Part shown: positions 9,178-18,977 of the stretch, one piece after another
How positions within the stretch are numbered: the stretch's first letter is position 1
Layout of the letters: every line of letters starts with the position of its first letter
NCBI GenBank assembly: GCA_963723105.1
Contig: CAVRPK010000002.1
Location: 121,098-185,097 of the forward strand
Source: an uncultured Candidatus Micrarchaeota archaeon
GTDB lineage: Archaea > Micrarchaeota > Micrarchaeia > Anstonellales > Bilamarchaeaceae
Length of the DNA: 64,000 bases
Direction: 5' to 3'
Notes under the pieces: generated by a model
What the model was told of the DNA's origin: nothing
What the model saw: the letters and a program-made list of their open reading frames with translations, nothing else
Databases searched by the model: none
Position numbers and translations under genes: made by a program

Positions 9178-10218
9178 TCACTGCCTCAGTTTTTTTCTAT
9201 ATTTTACATATGTAGAATAATCGATGTACTTTGTTTTTGCAATATAATCTTTGGTTAAAGGTGCCTTATCTCTCCTCTCGTCTATTTTGTCTGTAACTGT
9301 GATCGCAAAAGAATCGCTTCCAGCTCCAGAACCATAAGAAGTTACAAGAATAGTATCTCCTGCCTTGGCCTCATCAAGAACAGCAGAAAGTCCAAGTACT
9401 GAAGCTCCAGAGTAAGTATTTCCAATAACTGGAGTTAGGAGTCCTGTTTTGATCTGTTCTGTTGTTGCTCCAAGTTTTTTTGCAGCTTCAACAGGGAACC
9501 TTCCGTTTGGCTGGTGGAATACTACATGTGTATAATCGCTGATTTTTGTTCCTGTTTTTTCAAGTAGTCTATTTGTTGCTCCAATAACATGCCTGAAATA
9601 TGCTGGTTTTCCAGTGAATCTTCCTCCATGGGTTGGATATTCTGCATGTTGCCTTCTCCAAAAGTCTGGAGTATCTGTAGTAAACGAGCATGTGCTTTCA
9701 ATAATTGCAATTGATTCGGAATTTGGTCCAACTAAGAAGGCAGCTCCTCCTGATGCTGCAGAGTATTCTAGTGCATCTCCTGGCCTTCCCTGAGCAGTAT
9801 CTGCACCAATCGCCATTCCATAATCGATCATCTTTGAATCTACCATGCCCATTGTGATCTGTAAGGCCGCAGTTCCTGCTTTGCATGCAAATTCAAGATC
9901 AGCAACAGTCAAATTTGGAGTTGCTCCAATTGCCTCGGCAACAATTGTGCCAGTTGGCTTAACTGCATATGGATGCGATTCAGAGCCAACATAAAGTGCT
10001 CCTATCATCTGTGGATCAGTGCCAGAGCGAAGCAGGGCGTTTCTTGCAGCTTCAACCGATATTGTAGAAGTGTCCTCATCAACTCCTCCCACTGCCTTTT
10101 CTTTGATTCCAAGGCCTTTTTCGATTCTTACTGTGTCCTCTCCCCATACCTTTGCTATTTCTGCACTTTTTATCCTGTATACTGGAACATATGCTCCATA
10201 ACCTACAATACCACTCAT
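9178..10218 (-). CDS. hydroxymethylglutaryl-CoA synthase (archaeal mevalonate pathway)
   Basis: 346 aa. [16 protein letters not shown]..., the catalytic-Cys context [15 protein letters not shown] and HQPNGRFP match archaeal HMG-CoA synthases. Confidence 0.85.
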   Translation of the reverse strand: MSGIVGYGAYVPVYRIKSAEIAKVWGEDTVRIEKGLGIKEKAVGGVDEDTSTISVEAARNALLRSGTDPQMIGALYVGSESHPYAVKPTGTIVAEAIGATPNLTVADLEFACKAGTAALQITMGMVDSKMIDYGMAIGADTAQGRPGDALEYSAASGGAAFLVGPNSESIAIIESTCSFTTDTPDFWRRQHAEYPTHGGRFTGKPAYFRHVIGATNRLLEKTGTKISDYTHVVFHQPNGRFPVEAAKKLGATTEQIKTGLLTPVIGNTYSGASVLGLSAVLDEAKAGDTILVTSYGSGAGSDSFAITVTDKIDERRDKAPLTKDYIAKTKYIDYSTYVKYRKKLRQ

Positions 10219-10312
10219 AATATGACCTCTGATAATAACTAAAGAAATGAAAATATAGGTGTCAATTTCGCTTTATAATCCTATTGAAATTTCGAAATTG
10301 CACCATTTTTGT

Positions 10313-11068
10313 CTATTTTTTTGATTTAGACTTTTTTGTCTTCTTTTTTACAGCTGGTTTTGATTTGAAGAATGAATATGCCAATCCTCCAAGAACAATT
10401 ACTGCTGCAATTATGACTAGGTATCCCATGTTTAATTCGCTGTTCTTGACTACTATTGGCTGTGATTCTTCCATAAGATCCACAATATCAAAAGTAGCTG
10501 TTGAACCATCCACAACACCAGAAACATTGCCAGCGCGAGCCTCATCAATGGCAGTTGGCACAGTTATCTGATAACTTAGATTAACCTTGAATCTTCGAAG
10601 AAACCCTGCATTTTCCTTATTCTCTTCTTCATTATAAAGATCAATCGCATCTGCAGATCCTTCAACTCCTCCTTCAATTACTCCTGCTTTTCGAAGTAAC
10701 CTATCAAGAGAAACACTGAAAACATCTGTTGGTATCTTTTTTTGTGTTAGAGTGTATGTGATAAACGGAATTCCATAGTTTACTTGGAAATTATAGTGTT
10801 CTCCAGCGGAGAAACTTTCAGTTATTGTGATAACCTTCCCATCAACACTGCACCGAAGCTCTGGATCTACTGAACAAAGATCTGACACCTTTTCCATTGA
10901 TCCATCTTCAAAATCTGTCATAAAAGCTGAGATATCCATAGTTTTGGTTATCTCCGAATTTCCTTCGCGATCAACAATGTGGATGTATGACTGATCCAAA
11001 CCTGCACTAACAAGTGTGCACATAAGCAGAATTACTAATATCTCCCGTCTCATGTAATCGAACTCCAT
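10313..11068 (-). CDS. hypothetical membrane-anchored protein (signal peptide, C-terminal TM helix, Lys-rich tail)
   Basis: 251 aa. Signal-like N-terminus, C-terminal VIIAAVIVLGGLAYSFF followed by KSKPAVKKKTKKSKSKK. Confidence 0.35.
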   Translation of the reverse strand: MEFDYMRREILVILLMCTLVSAGLDQSYIHIVDREGNSEITKTMDISAFMTDFEDGSMEKVSDLCSVDPELRCSVDGKVITITESFSAGEHYNFQVNYGIPFITYTLTQKKIPTDVFSVSLDRLLRKAGVIEGGVEGSADAIDLYNEEENKENAGFLRRFKVNLSYQITVPTAIDEARAGNVSGVVDGSTATFDIVDLMEESQPIVVKNSELNMGYLVIIAAVIVLGGLAYSFFKSKPAVKKKTKKSKSKK

Positions 11069-11069
11069 G

Positions 11070-11978
11070 TTAACTTTTAATACGCTTTCTATATCTCTGA
11101 ACCATCTGGGAAATGCCTTTTTTTATTGAAATTGGAGAAAAACCAATTTCTTGCCTTGCTTTGCTACAGTTAAATTCACGATCACTGGAAAGTACTGCAA
11201 TATCTTCAGGAATGAATTTTGCACTTCCTCCAAAATGAGTTGATCTGAAAAGTTCATATTGTGCAAATATCTTTGCAAGGAAAACTGATGTGTGTTTTGC
11301 TGGAGCCTCTACTCCAAGTTCATTTGCTGCAATTTCAAATATTTCTTTTTGAGCTTTGCATTCTCCAACAAGAACATATTTTCCAATTCCTTTTTCTATT
11401 GAATTTATGATGGCATCTGCAACATCGTCAACGTGGACAAATGGGATTCTGTTTTTCCCATCTCCTATAATTTTCATCTTCCTCTTTTCAATTAACCCTA
11501 GAATCTTGAAGTATTCTTCAAATCCCGGGCCATAAATAGGTCCAATTCTGAGAATAGCATGATTTGGATGTTTTTCAACAAGTTTTTCTGCTTCTATTTT
11601 TGTTTTTGAATACGGAGTATCTGGATGAAGCGAAGAGTTCTCATCAGCAGGTATCTCTGCAAGTTTTTTTCCATATACTGAAATTGAACTGCTGAAAATA
11701 ATCTTTGCTGCCCTTGGCGATGCATGTACAATTTTTCTGCTCAGCTCTACATTTCCTTCCCATGCCTTTTTCTGATCAAGAAAGTCTCTTGAGCCTGCAA
11801 GATGAATTATGGCATCTGCATCCTTGAGAATTTTTTCTAAGTTTGCTATTGAAAAATCGCTTAGAATCTCATCTTTAAGGCCACTCTTCGCTCTAACAAT
11901 CGGAATTGCATCACATTTGCTTAGAATCACTCTGCCAAGCCTTCCACTTGCGCCAGTAATGTAGACCTTATTTGCCAT
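11070..11978 (-). CDS. NAD-dependent epimerase/dehydratase (extended SDR family)
   Basis: 302 aa. Rossmann motif YITGASGRLG at the N-terminus and a YxxxK-like catalytic region. Confidence 0.7.
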   Translation of the reverse strand: MANKVYITGASGRLGRVILSKCDAIPIVRAKSGLKDEILSDFSIANLEKILKDADAIIHLAGSRDFLDQKKAWEGNVELSRKIVHASPRAAKIIFSSSISVYGKKLAEIPADENSSLHPDTPYSKTKIEAEKLVEKHPNHAILRIGPIYGPGFEEYFKILGLIEKRKMKIIGDGKNRIPFVHVDDVADAIINSIEKGIGKYVLVGECKAQKEIFEIAANELGVEAPAKHTSVFLAKIFAQYELFRSTHFGGSAKFIPEDIAVLSSDREFNCSKARQEIGFSPISIKKGISQMVQRYRKRIKS

Positions 11979-13572
11979 ATTTTTTGTTCAGCTCTTCCAT
12001 TTTTTTATCAAGCTTTTTCTCAGCTTCAAGCCTTTCAAGTCCATACTCTTGCATGTCCATATATTTCATTCCAGCAGCAAGGTTTGGATGAACTTTCTCA
12101 ATTTCTCTAAACATGTTTTGAGCAACTCTCCTATAATCAATATGCCCTTGCATTGCACTTCGAAGTTCAAGCAAATGGTATGCTTCTCTAATGTTGTATG
12201 TCATATACCAGCGAATATTATATGCAAGTGGGATAACATACTGTGCTTCTTTTTTGAATTTTTTTGAGATCTGTTCATATGTGTTTTTTGCTTCTTCCAT
12301 TACATTTGTAAATTCATTTTGATATCCAGAATCAACTAATTCTGCTGGTAGTTTGTATCCAAGATGAGGTCCTAGCAGCTGTCTTTCCTGAGTTAAAATT
12401 CTATGTCTGTGAATGTCTCGATATGCACCGTAGTTTGCAACTACATCAAAAGTATAGTATGCATGCTCAAATCCTCTTCCTGGTTTTTGTCTTCTGTTTC
12501 CTCTTTCATTGATGTATTTGCTGATTACTGTTTGTTTTTCCTCATCGCTCATCTGATCAACAATTCTTGAAATTTCTTCCATGGATTGTTCAAGATAAGG
12601 ATAAAGTGCAGCAATAATGATTTTTCTCTCTGCATCATTATCGTATTCAATCAATTTTACTCCTTCTTCACCACCAGAGCCTGGATATTTGCCTGCAAGC
12701 TCTCCCATGTCAGATCTAACTTTTTTGAGATAATCCTGCATTGCAATTCCATATTTGTTGTTTGCCCGTTTGACAAATGAAGGAATTACTTTTGCAAGCT
12801 CCCCCTGCATATTGCCCGCAAGATCACGAATTTCAGCAAGATCATCTCCATACATTTTTGTAATCAGGTACTCGTATGCTCTTCCATCCCCGAAGAATCC
12901 CATGTTTGTTAATGTGGATGCTGGAAGAAGTCCCCTTAGAATATCGCATGTTTTTGCCCTCACAGTTGATCTGTATGCCCTATCGCTTGTCTCTTCATCC
13001 TTTGGTTCTTTTTCCATGATGTATCCTGAGACTTTTGGAACTAGATCGGAATATGTCTGGAAGCACAAATCACATGTTTTGGTGTATATGTCTGCAAATT
13101 CAGAATTCATGATGGTTTTTTCTTTGAGGTATGGCCAAGAGCCATCATCTCTTTTTTTATCAAAATAAACATATCGCGTTGATTTTTCAAGAGGTGAGAG
13201 GCCAATTCTTGCATCTTCAACAATTTTTGTTGCAATTATTGAGATCTCTTCAAGAGCGATATGCGCGCCTGCCAGCTCGGCAACAGAATCATCCCCATAA
13301 CCAACGAGTATCCTGTCGTAAAATTCTTCTGCTTTTTTTGTTTTGACAAGACTATCTCTTCCAAGGCTTTGAAATCCTTCAATTCCAAGTTCTTCTGATT
13401 GCATAAATTCTTTGAGCAAGACTTTTCGAAGACTGTTTGCACTTCTACTATATCTTGAAAACAAGGCCCCTTTGACAACCTCTGGAAGGTTTGTTAAGAC
13501 GAACACGGATTTATCCATGTTTGTTACAAATGGCTCTAATAATTTCCTCTCTTCTTCACTAAACTCGTCCAT
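11968..13572 (-). CDS. ThyX-like (flavin-dependent thymidylate synthase family) protein with an apparent tandem or duplicated domain; tentative
   Basis: 534 aa, about twice the usual ThyX length. The first half carries an S-RY-like motif (ALFSRYSRSANSLRK) and the second half an RHR motif (YRDIHRHRILTQERQ), as though the canonical ThyX RHRx7S..RY signature were split across two fused pseudo-repeats. The genome context (Tmk and FolD present, no ThyA seen) fits a thymidylate synthase role. Confidence 0.4.
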   Translation of the reverse strand: MDEFSEEERKLLEPFVTNMDKSVFVLTNLPEVVKGALFSRYSRSANSLRKVLLKEFMQSEELGIEGFQSLGRDSLVKTKKAEEFYDRILVGYGDDSVAELAGAHIALEEISIIATKIVEDARIGLSPLEKSTRYVYFDKKRDDGSWPYLKEKTIMNSEFADIYTKTCDLCFQTYSDLVPKVSGYIMEKEPKDEETSDRAYRSTVRAKTCDILRGLLPASTLTNMGFFGDGRAYEYLITKMYGDDLAEIRDLAGNMQGELAKVIPSFVKRANNKYGIAMQDYLKKVRSDMGELAGKYPGSGGEEGVKLIEYDNDAERKIIIAALYPYLEQSMEEISRIVDQMSDEEKQTVISKYINERGNRRQKPGRGFEHAYYTFDVVANYGAYRDIHRHRILTQERQLLGPHLGYKLPAELVDSGYQNEFTNVMEEAKNTYEQISKKFKKEAQYVIPLAYNIRWYMTYNIREAYHLLELRSAMQGHIDYRRVAQNMFREIEKVHPNLAAGMKYMDMQEYGLERLEAEKKLDKKMEELNKKYGK

Positions 13573-13600
13573 GGATTTTTCTTTCTCAAAAACCCTTTTT

Positions 13601-13728
13601 ATTGTATTGTAAAATTAACAGATTTCCATTGACAGTGCTATGTGCTGTCAATTTTTGAAAACTTGAATAGTTCTCAATCCAATGATGACAACTATTTTAG
13701 CAAATTTGTCATTGTATTGTAAAATTAA
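13601..13728. repeat. 18-bp direct repeat ATTGTATTGTAAAATTAA (13601-13618 and 13711-13728) bracketing a 7-bp-arm palindrome TTGACAG-N9-CTGTCAA (13629-13651), in the intergenic region between the GGR stop and the ThyX-like start
   Basis: Exact 18-mer duplication 110 nt apart within a single 160-nt spacer. An exact 18-mer repeat is unlikely by chance in 64 kb (expected fewer than 0.1). Confidence 0.4.
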
Positions 13729-13731
13729 AAA

Positions 13732-14961
13732 TTAAGATTTGCCTGGAAGAAGGGCACTGAGCACTCCAAGCATCTGCGGCCTTGTTGCCACAACTTTTGC
13801 AACTACTCCAGCAAAGTTACCATCCATAATATGCATAAGGTCGGTATCATTTATGCAATTGAATATGTGGTTGAAATCATCATCACTGATCTTTTCAGTA
13901 ACTTTTCGAAGAAGAAGCCTCTTATCAACTGTTGAGCCCGGTTCAACTCTCCACTGCTTTTCATATTCAAAGAGAGTTTCCTTGCTGTAATCTTTCTTTT
14001 CCTTTGCCTTAATTGCGACCTTTGCAGCCATGATCCCAGTTTGCATTGCAAGTCCTATTCCTCCGCCGTGAATTGGGTCAACTTGTTTTGCTGCAGTTCC
14101 AATAACCATACAACTGTCCTTTACAAATTCGTTGATTGGAGCTCCGACTGAAATAACTCCGCCAAAATCAAGAAGACTGCTTGAATCTTTTAGCTGATCA
14201 TGATCTTGAATAAATCTATCGAGGTACTCTTTTGGAGTTGCACCTTTCATTCCGCCTCTTTTTTCACCACTTTCAAGCTGCCCACCAATGCCAATACCAA
14301 CATTTGCTTTTCGATCTGATTTTGGGAAAATCCAAACATAGCCTCGTGGGGCAATTGCATTTCCAAAGTATAATTCAATCAGGTTCTCATGGTCATATGG
14401 CTTCATTTCATACTGGTAGCATGTATCAACATCATAGAGCTGATGCACTGTTTTGAATCCCATATCTCTTGCCATAAATGATTCCATACCCTCGGCAGAA
14501 ACGATTAATGGAGCATGAACTTCATATGGATCTCTTCCACCATGACTAAGCTTTACTCCGTTTGGTTTTCCATGTTCGTCTTTGAGAACTTCAGTTGCTC
14601 TGGTGTATGTTTTTACCTTTGCTCCTTTGTTGATTGCAAGTTCACAAAGCCATTTGTCAAATATCTTTCTCTCAAGAACATACCCCTTGGTATCCTCAGT
14701 TTTCCAGACTATTGATTTTCCGTTTGGAGCAATAACTTTAGCCCCGTCAACTGGCGTGGAATAGCATTCTCTTGGAATATCAAGTCCTTCTTTGATCAAA
14801 TCTCCGACTCCAAGTCCTTCTCCGCATCTTACCGGAACTCCAATTTCCTTTCTCTTGTCAACTACAAGAACGTCTAGTCCAGCACCTGCTGCAATTCTGG
14901 CAAAACTGCTTCCAGCTGGTCCCCCTCCAATAACAATTACGTCGTGATCCATGTTAATCAT
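13732..14961 (-). CDS. geranylgeranyl reductase family (digeranylgeranylglycerophospholipid reductase-like), FAD-dependent
   Basis: Contains VIVIGGGPAGSS (FAD dinucleotide-binding), GxGxxG..D and the GDAAG-like region. The ORF track extends the start to 15048, but that extension overlaps the ferredoxin gene in another frame. The likely true start is ATG at approx 14961 (MINMDHD) or 14952. Confidence 0.8.
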   Translation of the reverse strand: MINMDHDVIVIGGGPAGSSFARIAAGAGLDVLVVDKRKEIGVPVRCGEGLGVGDLIKEGLDIPRECYSTPVDGAKVIAPNGKSIVWKTEDTKGYVLERKIFDKWLCELAINKGAKVKTYTRATEVLKDEHGKPNGVKLSHGGRDPYEVHAPLIVSAEGMESFMARDMGFKTVHQLYDVDTCYQYEMKPYDHENLIELYFGNAIAPRGYVWIFPKSDRKANVGIGIGGQLESGEKRGGMKGATPKEYLDRFIQDHDQLKDSSSLLDFGGVISVGAPINEFVKDSCMVIGTAAKQVDPIHGGGIGLAMQTGIMAAKVAIKAKEKKDYSKETLFEYEKQWRVEPGSTVDKRLLLRKVTEKISDDDFNHIFNCINDTDLMHIMDGNFAGVVAKVVATRPQMLGVLSALLPGKS

Positions 14962-15163
14962 CCTTTGGCAAGTCTGCGCATTTTTTGATGCCTTTGTGTA
15001 GGCAAATAACATTTGCAGGACAAACCCGTACACACAATCCACAGTCAATACATTTCTCTGGATAATGCTTTATTCTAGTTCCAACTGCTTCAAGTGCATT
15101 CACTGGACATACTGATGAACATCCAACACAAAAGATACAGCCTTCATGCTTAATAGTAATCAT
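14954..15163 (-). CDS. 2x[4Fe-4S] ferredoxin, translationally coupled to the geranylgeranyl reductase
   Basis: 69 aa with two CxxCxxCxxxCP motifs (CIFCVGCSSVCP and CIDCGLCVRVCP). Its stop codon overlaps the GGR start region. Confidence 0.75.
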   Translation of the reverse strand: MITIKHEGCIFCVGCSSVCPVNALEAVGTRIKHYPEKCIDCGLCVRVCPANVICLHKGIKKCADLPKDD

Positions 15164-15195
15164 AGAACTTCCTCTATTAACAAAATAATTAAAAT

Positions 15196-15711
15196 CTAAT
15201 CTTTGAGCATTTTGATGATTTCATTTGCAAAATTGCCTGCGCTTTGTGGACTATCGCCTGTAATTATATTTCCGCTAACAATTACTGCTTCTGCCTTGTA
15301 GAGAGCTCCTCCGACTCTAAGTGCATCTAATCCATTTTTACTTGGGTAAACTGTTGCTACTTTTTCAGACAAAATTCCTGCCTTGGCAAGCGTCATTGGC
15401 CCAAGACATATTGCTGCAATGATCTTTCCAGCTTTGTATGCATTTGCAATAAGTTCAACAACTTCTTTTGTTTCTGCCAGTTTTGGGGATCCCGGACCTC
15501 CAATAACCACGTAACAATCAAAGTACTCTGGGTTTGCTTCAAAAAATGCCATATCAGGCAGAATGGTTGCTCCCATTGATCCTGTTGCTTTTGATCTGCT
15601 TGAGCTTGCAACCTTAACAACATGCCCTTCTTTCTCTAGCATTTCCTTTGGGACTAACAGCTCTTCGTCTCTAAAGCCCTCTTGAGCGACAATCATAAGC
15701 ACTTTTGACAT
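15196..15711 (-). CDS. DJ-1/PfpI family protein (intracellular protease / class I glutamine amidotransferase-like)
   Basis: 171 aa. The nucleophile-elbow context AAICLGPMTLAKAGIL and the overall PfpI pattern are present. Confidence 0.8.
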   Translation of the reverse strand: MSKVLMIVAQEGFRDEELLVPKEMLEKEGHVVKVASSSRSKATGSMGATILPDMAFFEANPEYFDCYVVIGGPGSPKLAETKEVVELIANAYKAGKIIAAICLGPMTLAKAGILSEKVATVYPSKNGLDALRVGGALYKAEAVIVSGNIITGDSPQSAGNFANEIIKMLKD

Positions 15712-15761
15712 AAATACATTTCGAATCCAACATTTATATTGATTTTCTCCATATCCTTATC

Positions 15762-16601
15762 ATGAACCTAGTCAGTCCAAATTTCTCAGATCTAATGGAA
15801 TCCAATATCGAGTTCAAAAACTTCCCAGATGGCGACAGCTATATCCGAATTGAAAACCTATCCAGCTGCCAGGGCGAAGAAGTCAACCTGTTTCACAGAT
15901 TATACCCTGATCAAAACAACAGTATCTTTCATGCAATCCTTCTGCTCGATACTCTAAAGAGGGTAGGGGCAAGAGCAACCTTAGTTACTCCATATCTCCC
16001 ATACTCTCGTCAGGATAAAACATTTAAGGAAGGAGAAGCTCTCAGTGCCCAGGTTCTCTGTTCCATGTTAGCTCATGCGGGTGCCCAAAGGCTCATTACT
16101 CTTGACTGCCACTTTTTGAAAAAAGAGGGCGAGTTTGAATATGGCGGACTCAAAATCAAAAACATCAGCGCAAACAAGTTGCTAATTGAACATGCAAAGA
16201 AACTTCTTGGAGAAGATGAACTTGAAATTATTTCTCCAGATCAGGGGGCAAACTATCTTGTAACTGAATTTGGAGGCAAGAGCATGACCAAAGTCCGCGG
16301 CGAATACCAGGAAGGAAATGAAGCTTATAGGACAATTGACAAAGTCGAGGGAAACTTTGATGTCGAAGGCAAAAATGTTCTGATTATTGATGATATGATT
16401 TCAACCGGAGGAACAATGGTTCGTGCAGTTGGCAATGTCAGAAATGGAAAGGCAAAAAAAGTTCTTTGTGCTGCAACTCACGGATTCTTTCTCAAGGGAT
16501 CTCTTGAGAAATTGCTGGATGTTTCTGATGGTGTTTTCACTACCAATTCAATTCCAAATGAAGCTGCCAAAGTGGATGTAATGCAATTGCTTAAGTTGTA
16601 A
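15762..16601 (+). CDS. prs: ribose-phosphate pyrophosphokinase (PRPP synthetase)
   Basis: 279 aa. LVTPYLPYSRQDK, RLITLDCH and the PRPP-binding loop VLIIDDMISTGGTM are present. Confidence 0.85.
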   Translation: MNLVSPNFSDLMESNIEFKNFPDGDSYIRIENLSSCQGEEVNLFHRLYPDQNNSIFHAILLLDTLKRVGARATLVTPYLPYSRQDKTFKEGEALSAQVLCSMLAHAGAQRLITLDCHFLKKEGEFEYGGLKIKNISANKLLIEHAKKLLGEDELEIISPDQGANYLVTEFGGKSMTKVRGEYQEGNEAYRTIDKVEGNFDVEGKNVLIIDDMISTGGTMVRAVGNVRNGKAKKVLCAATHGFFLKGSLEKLLDVSDGVFTTNSIPNEAAKVDVMQLLKL

Positions 16602-16612
16602 CTGTAGAATCA

Positions 16613-17905
16613 TTATTTTATTATTTTTTCATATTCAGCAACTAGTTTTTCTGCTTCTTCTATTGTTTTTGCCTCAGCAAAAACTCTGACATAATCTTCA
16701 GTTCCAGAAGCGCGAACAATTACCCATGCGCCCTCAAGATTAATACGAACTCCATCAACATCAAGATAATTGAGGTTGTTTGCTTTTGCATGCTCAAGAA
16801 CTTTTGCAACTATCTGTTTTTTCTCTTCTGCATTTGCCTTGATTTTATGCTTTACATTATGGTATTCAGGAATTTCCTCAAGCCATTTGCTGAGTTTTTT
16901 TTCAGAGAGTTTTTTTAGTAGAACTGCTCCGGTCATAAAGCCGTCTTTTGCAAGGCAAAGCTCTGGCCATATAACTCCGCCAACCTCTTCTCCTCCCATT
17001 ACTGCTTCTTTTTTGACCATCTCCTCACAGAGATACGGAGCTCCTATTGCAGTGTATCTGACATTTTCTGAAATATCTTCAATTGCTTTGCTGGTTGCAA
17101 CTGTAGTAACAACATCTCCCTTTTTTTCATTCCAAAGAATAGAGAGTGCAAATACTTTATCTCCAATAACATATTCTCCAGTCTCATCAACAAAAATTAC
17201 CCGATCTCCATCAGCATCCCATGCAATTCCAGCATCTGCATTTGTTGATTTTACTGTTATTATCAATTCTTTTACATTGTCTTTGGTTGGCTCAGATGGC
17301 CTTCCAGGAAACTTTCCATCGAGGTGTGAGTTTAGCGTAACAATTTCTGCTCCAAGTTCTTTGAAAAGTGCTGGTGCAATCACTGCTGCAGTTCCATTTC
17401 CGCAATCCAGTACGATTTTCTTTTTTTCAACTGCTCCAACTAGCTTTTTAATTGCATTAATGTGATCCTTTGTTGCATTTTCATAGCGTGTTATTCTCCC
17501 AACTTTATCCCATGATGCGAGATCTCCGTCCATCAATTCTTCGATTTTTTCTCCACGCTCTTTTGAAATGGCAATCCCATTTCCATCAACTACTTTTATT
17601 GCATTCCACTCCGGAGGATTATGGGATGCGGTAATAATTACGCATCCATCTGCTTTGAGCTTTTTTATCATAAATTCGGCTGTTGGTGAGCTTACTATCC
17701 CAAGATCTATTACATCACACCCAACACTTGCAAGTCCTGAAACAACACTTGCCTTGAGAGTTCCGCCTGTTAATCTGCAATCACGTGCAACAATTATTTT
17801 TCCTTTTAAGTATCGTCCTATTGCTTGTGCTATTTTCATGGCAAGAGCAGGATCAAGTTCATTGAAAAGTCCCCTCACGCCGTTTGTTCCGAAATATTTC
17901 GCCAT
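16613..17905 (-). CDS. phosphohexomutase (phosphoglucosamine mutase / phosphomannomutase family)
   Basis: 430 aa. Active-site Ser loop ITASHNPPEWNAIK, metal-binding DADGDR and the sugar-binding GEE..G region are present. Confidence 0.85.
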   Translation of the reverse strand: MAKYFGTNGVRGLFNELDPALAMKIAQAIGRYLKGKIIVARDCRLTGGTLKASVVSGLASVGCDVIDLGIVSSPTAEFMIKKLKADGCVIITASHNPPEWNAIKVVDGNGIAISKERGEKIEELMDGDLASWDKVGRITRYENATKDHINAIKKLVGAVEKKKIVLDCGNGTAAVIAPALFKELGAEIVTLNSHLDGKFPGRPSEPTKDNVKELIITVKSTNADAGIAWDADGDRVIFVDETGEYVIGDKVFALSILWNEKKGDVVTTVATSKAIEDISENVRYTAIGAPYLCEEMVKKEAVMGGEEVGGVIWPELCLAKDGFMTGAVLLKKLSEKKLSKWLEEIPEYHNVKHKIKANAEEKKQIVAKVLEHAKANNLNYLDVDGVRINLEGAWVIVRASGTEDYVRVFAEAKTIEEAEKLVAEYEKIIK

Positions 17906-18037
17906 ATGTTAGATTTAGTTTCGAGGTTTAAAATGCTTCCGAAGCAGTTATTTCAGCTTTATTTTGATCAAGAAATGCAAAAATGAAACCTTTTAACTGT
18001 TAACTCAAAGTCTTCATACGGTGATACTATAGGTATT

Positions 18038-18334
18038 ATGTCTGAATTCAAGGATTTTTTGAAAGAATATAAGGTAGCGGGTCTTGCTGTTGCATTCATT
18101 ATGGGTGTTGCTACAACAGCTCTTGTGAAGTCCCTTGTCGATAATATTATCATGCCATTCATTGCTGTAGCTCTTCCAGATGGATCATGGCAGGAAGCAA
18201 CTGCTCAAATAGGACCGGCAATAATTGGCTGGGGTCCATTCTTGGCTGAACTTATAAATTTCCTGATAATAGCATTAGTTGTCTTCATGATTGCTAAACT
18301 TGTGCTCAAGGAACAAAAAGTCACAAAGAAATAA
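18038..18334 (+). CDS. mscL: large-conductance mechanosensitive channel
   Basis: 98 aa. EFKDFLKEYKVAGLAVAFIMGVA...IIMPFIA and the second TM helix followed by a basic C-terminus match MscL topology and motifs. Confidence 0.75.
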   Translation: MSEFKDFLKEYKVAGLAVAFIMGVATTALVKSLVDNIIMPFIAVALPDGSWQEATAQIGPAIIGWGPFLAELINFLIIALVVFMIAKLVLKEQKVTKK

Positions 18335-18365
18335 CTTTTTCTTTTTTATCCTTTATTCTATAATC

Positions 18366-18884
18366 ATGGAAATTCATATTCTTCGTCTTGGTCACAGGCT
18401 TCCTCGTGATGAGAGGATCTCAACACATGTTGCACTTGTAGCTCGCGCTTTTGGAGCTGGGAAAATTACCTATTGCGGTCAGCATGATTCTGGCCTTGAG
18501 GATAGTATTTCCAGAATTTGCGAGAGGTGGGGCGGAGACTTTACAATTGAGTATTCTTCTAGCTATAAGAAAGTTATTTCTCAGTATAAAAAGCACGGTT
18601 ATTCTCTGGTTCATCTTACAATGTATGGTCTTCCGGTTCAGGATATCCTCTCAAAACTCAAGCTTGAAGAAAAGATTCTTCTGATTGTTGGTTCTGAAGC
18701 AGTTCCAGGAGATGTTTATGAGTCATCTAATTACAATGTCTCTGTCACTAACCAACCGCACAGTGAAGTAGCTGCACTTGCAATAACTCTTGATAGAATC
18801 TGCTCTGGAGCAGAACTTGAAGGCATTGATTTTGGCGGAAAGATTAAGATAAAACCCTCAGCAAAAGGGAAAGAATTTGTTTAG
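18366..18884 (+). CDS. tRNA (cytidine56-2'-O)-methyltransferase aTrm56 (SPOUT family)
   Basis: Starting from the internal ATG (MEIHILRLGHRLPRDERISTHVALVARAFGAG...HLTMYG...NQPHSEVAALAITLDR), the product aligns along its full length, from memory, with Pyrococcus aTrm56. The ORF-track start at 18291 is an upstream extension. Confidence 0.85.
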   Translation: MEIHILRLGHRLPRDERISTHVALVARAFGAGKITYCGQHDSGLEDSISRICERWGGDFTIEYSSSYKKVISQYKKHGYSLVHLTMYGLPVQDILSKLKLEEKILLIVGSEAVPGDVYESSNYNVSVTNQPHSEVAALAITLDRICSGAELEGIDFGGKIKIKPSAKGKEFV

Positions 18885-18977
18885 CGATTTCAAATTTTAT
18901 TTTTATTGTATTTTTTCCAAAATTCCTCAAACAGAAAACTTTATATTTGATGCCTAATTGTATCTCTCGGGATTAAT

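Noticed and set aside
14962-15048. N-terminal extension of the geranylgeranyl reductase ORF
   Set aside because: It runs across the ferredoxin gene in another frame. The FAD-binding motif begins right after the internal MDHD/MINMDHD start.
16770-17912. 231-aa and 114-aa plus-strand ORFs inside the phosphohexomutase gene
   Set aside because: Antisense to a gene with clear catalytic motifs. Ser/Pro-rich nonsense composition.
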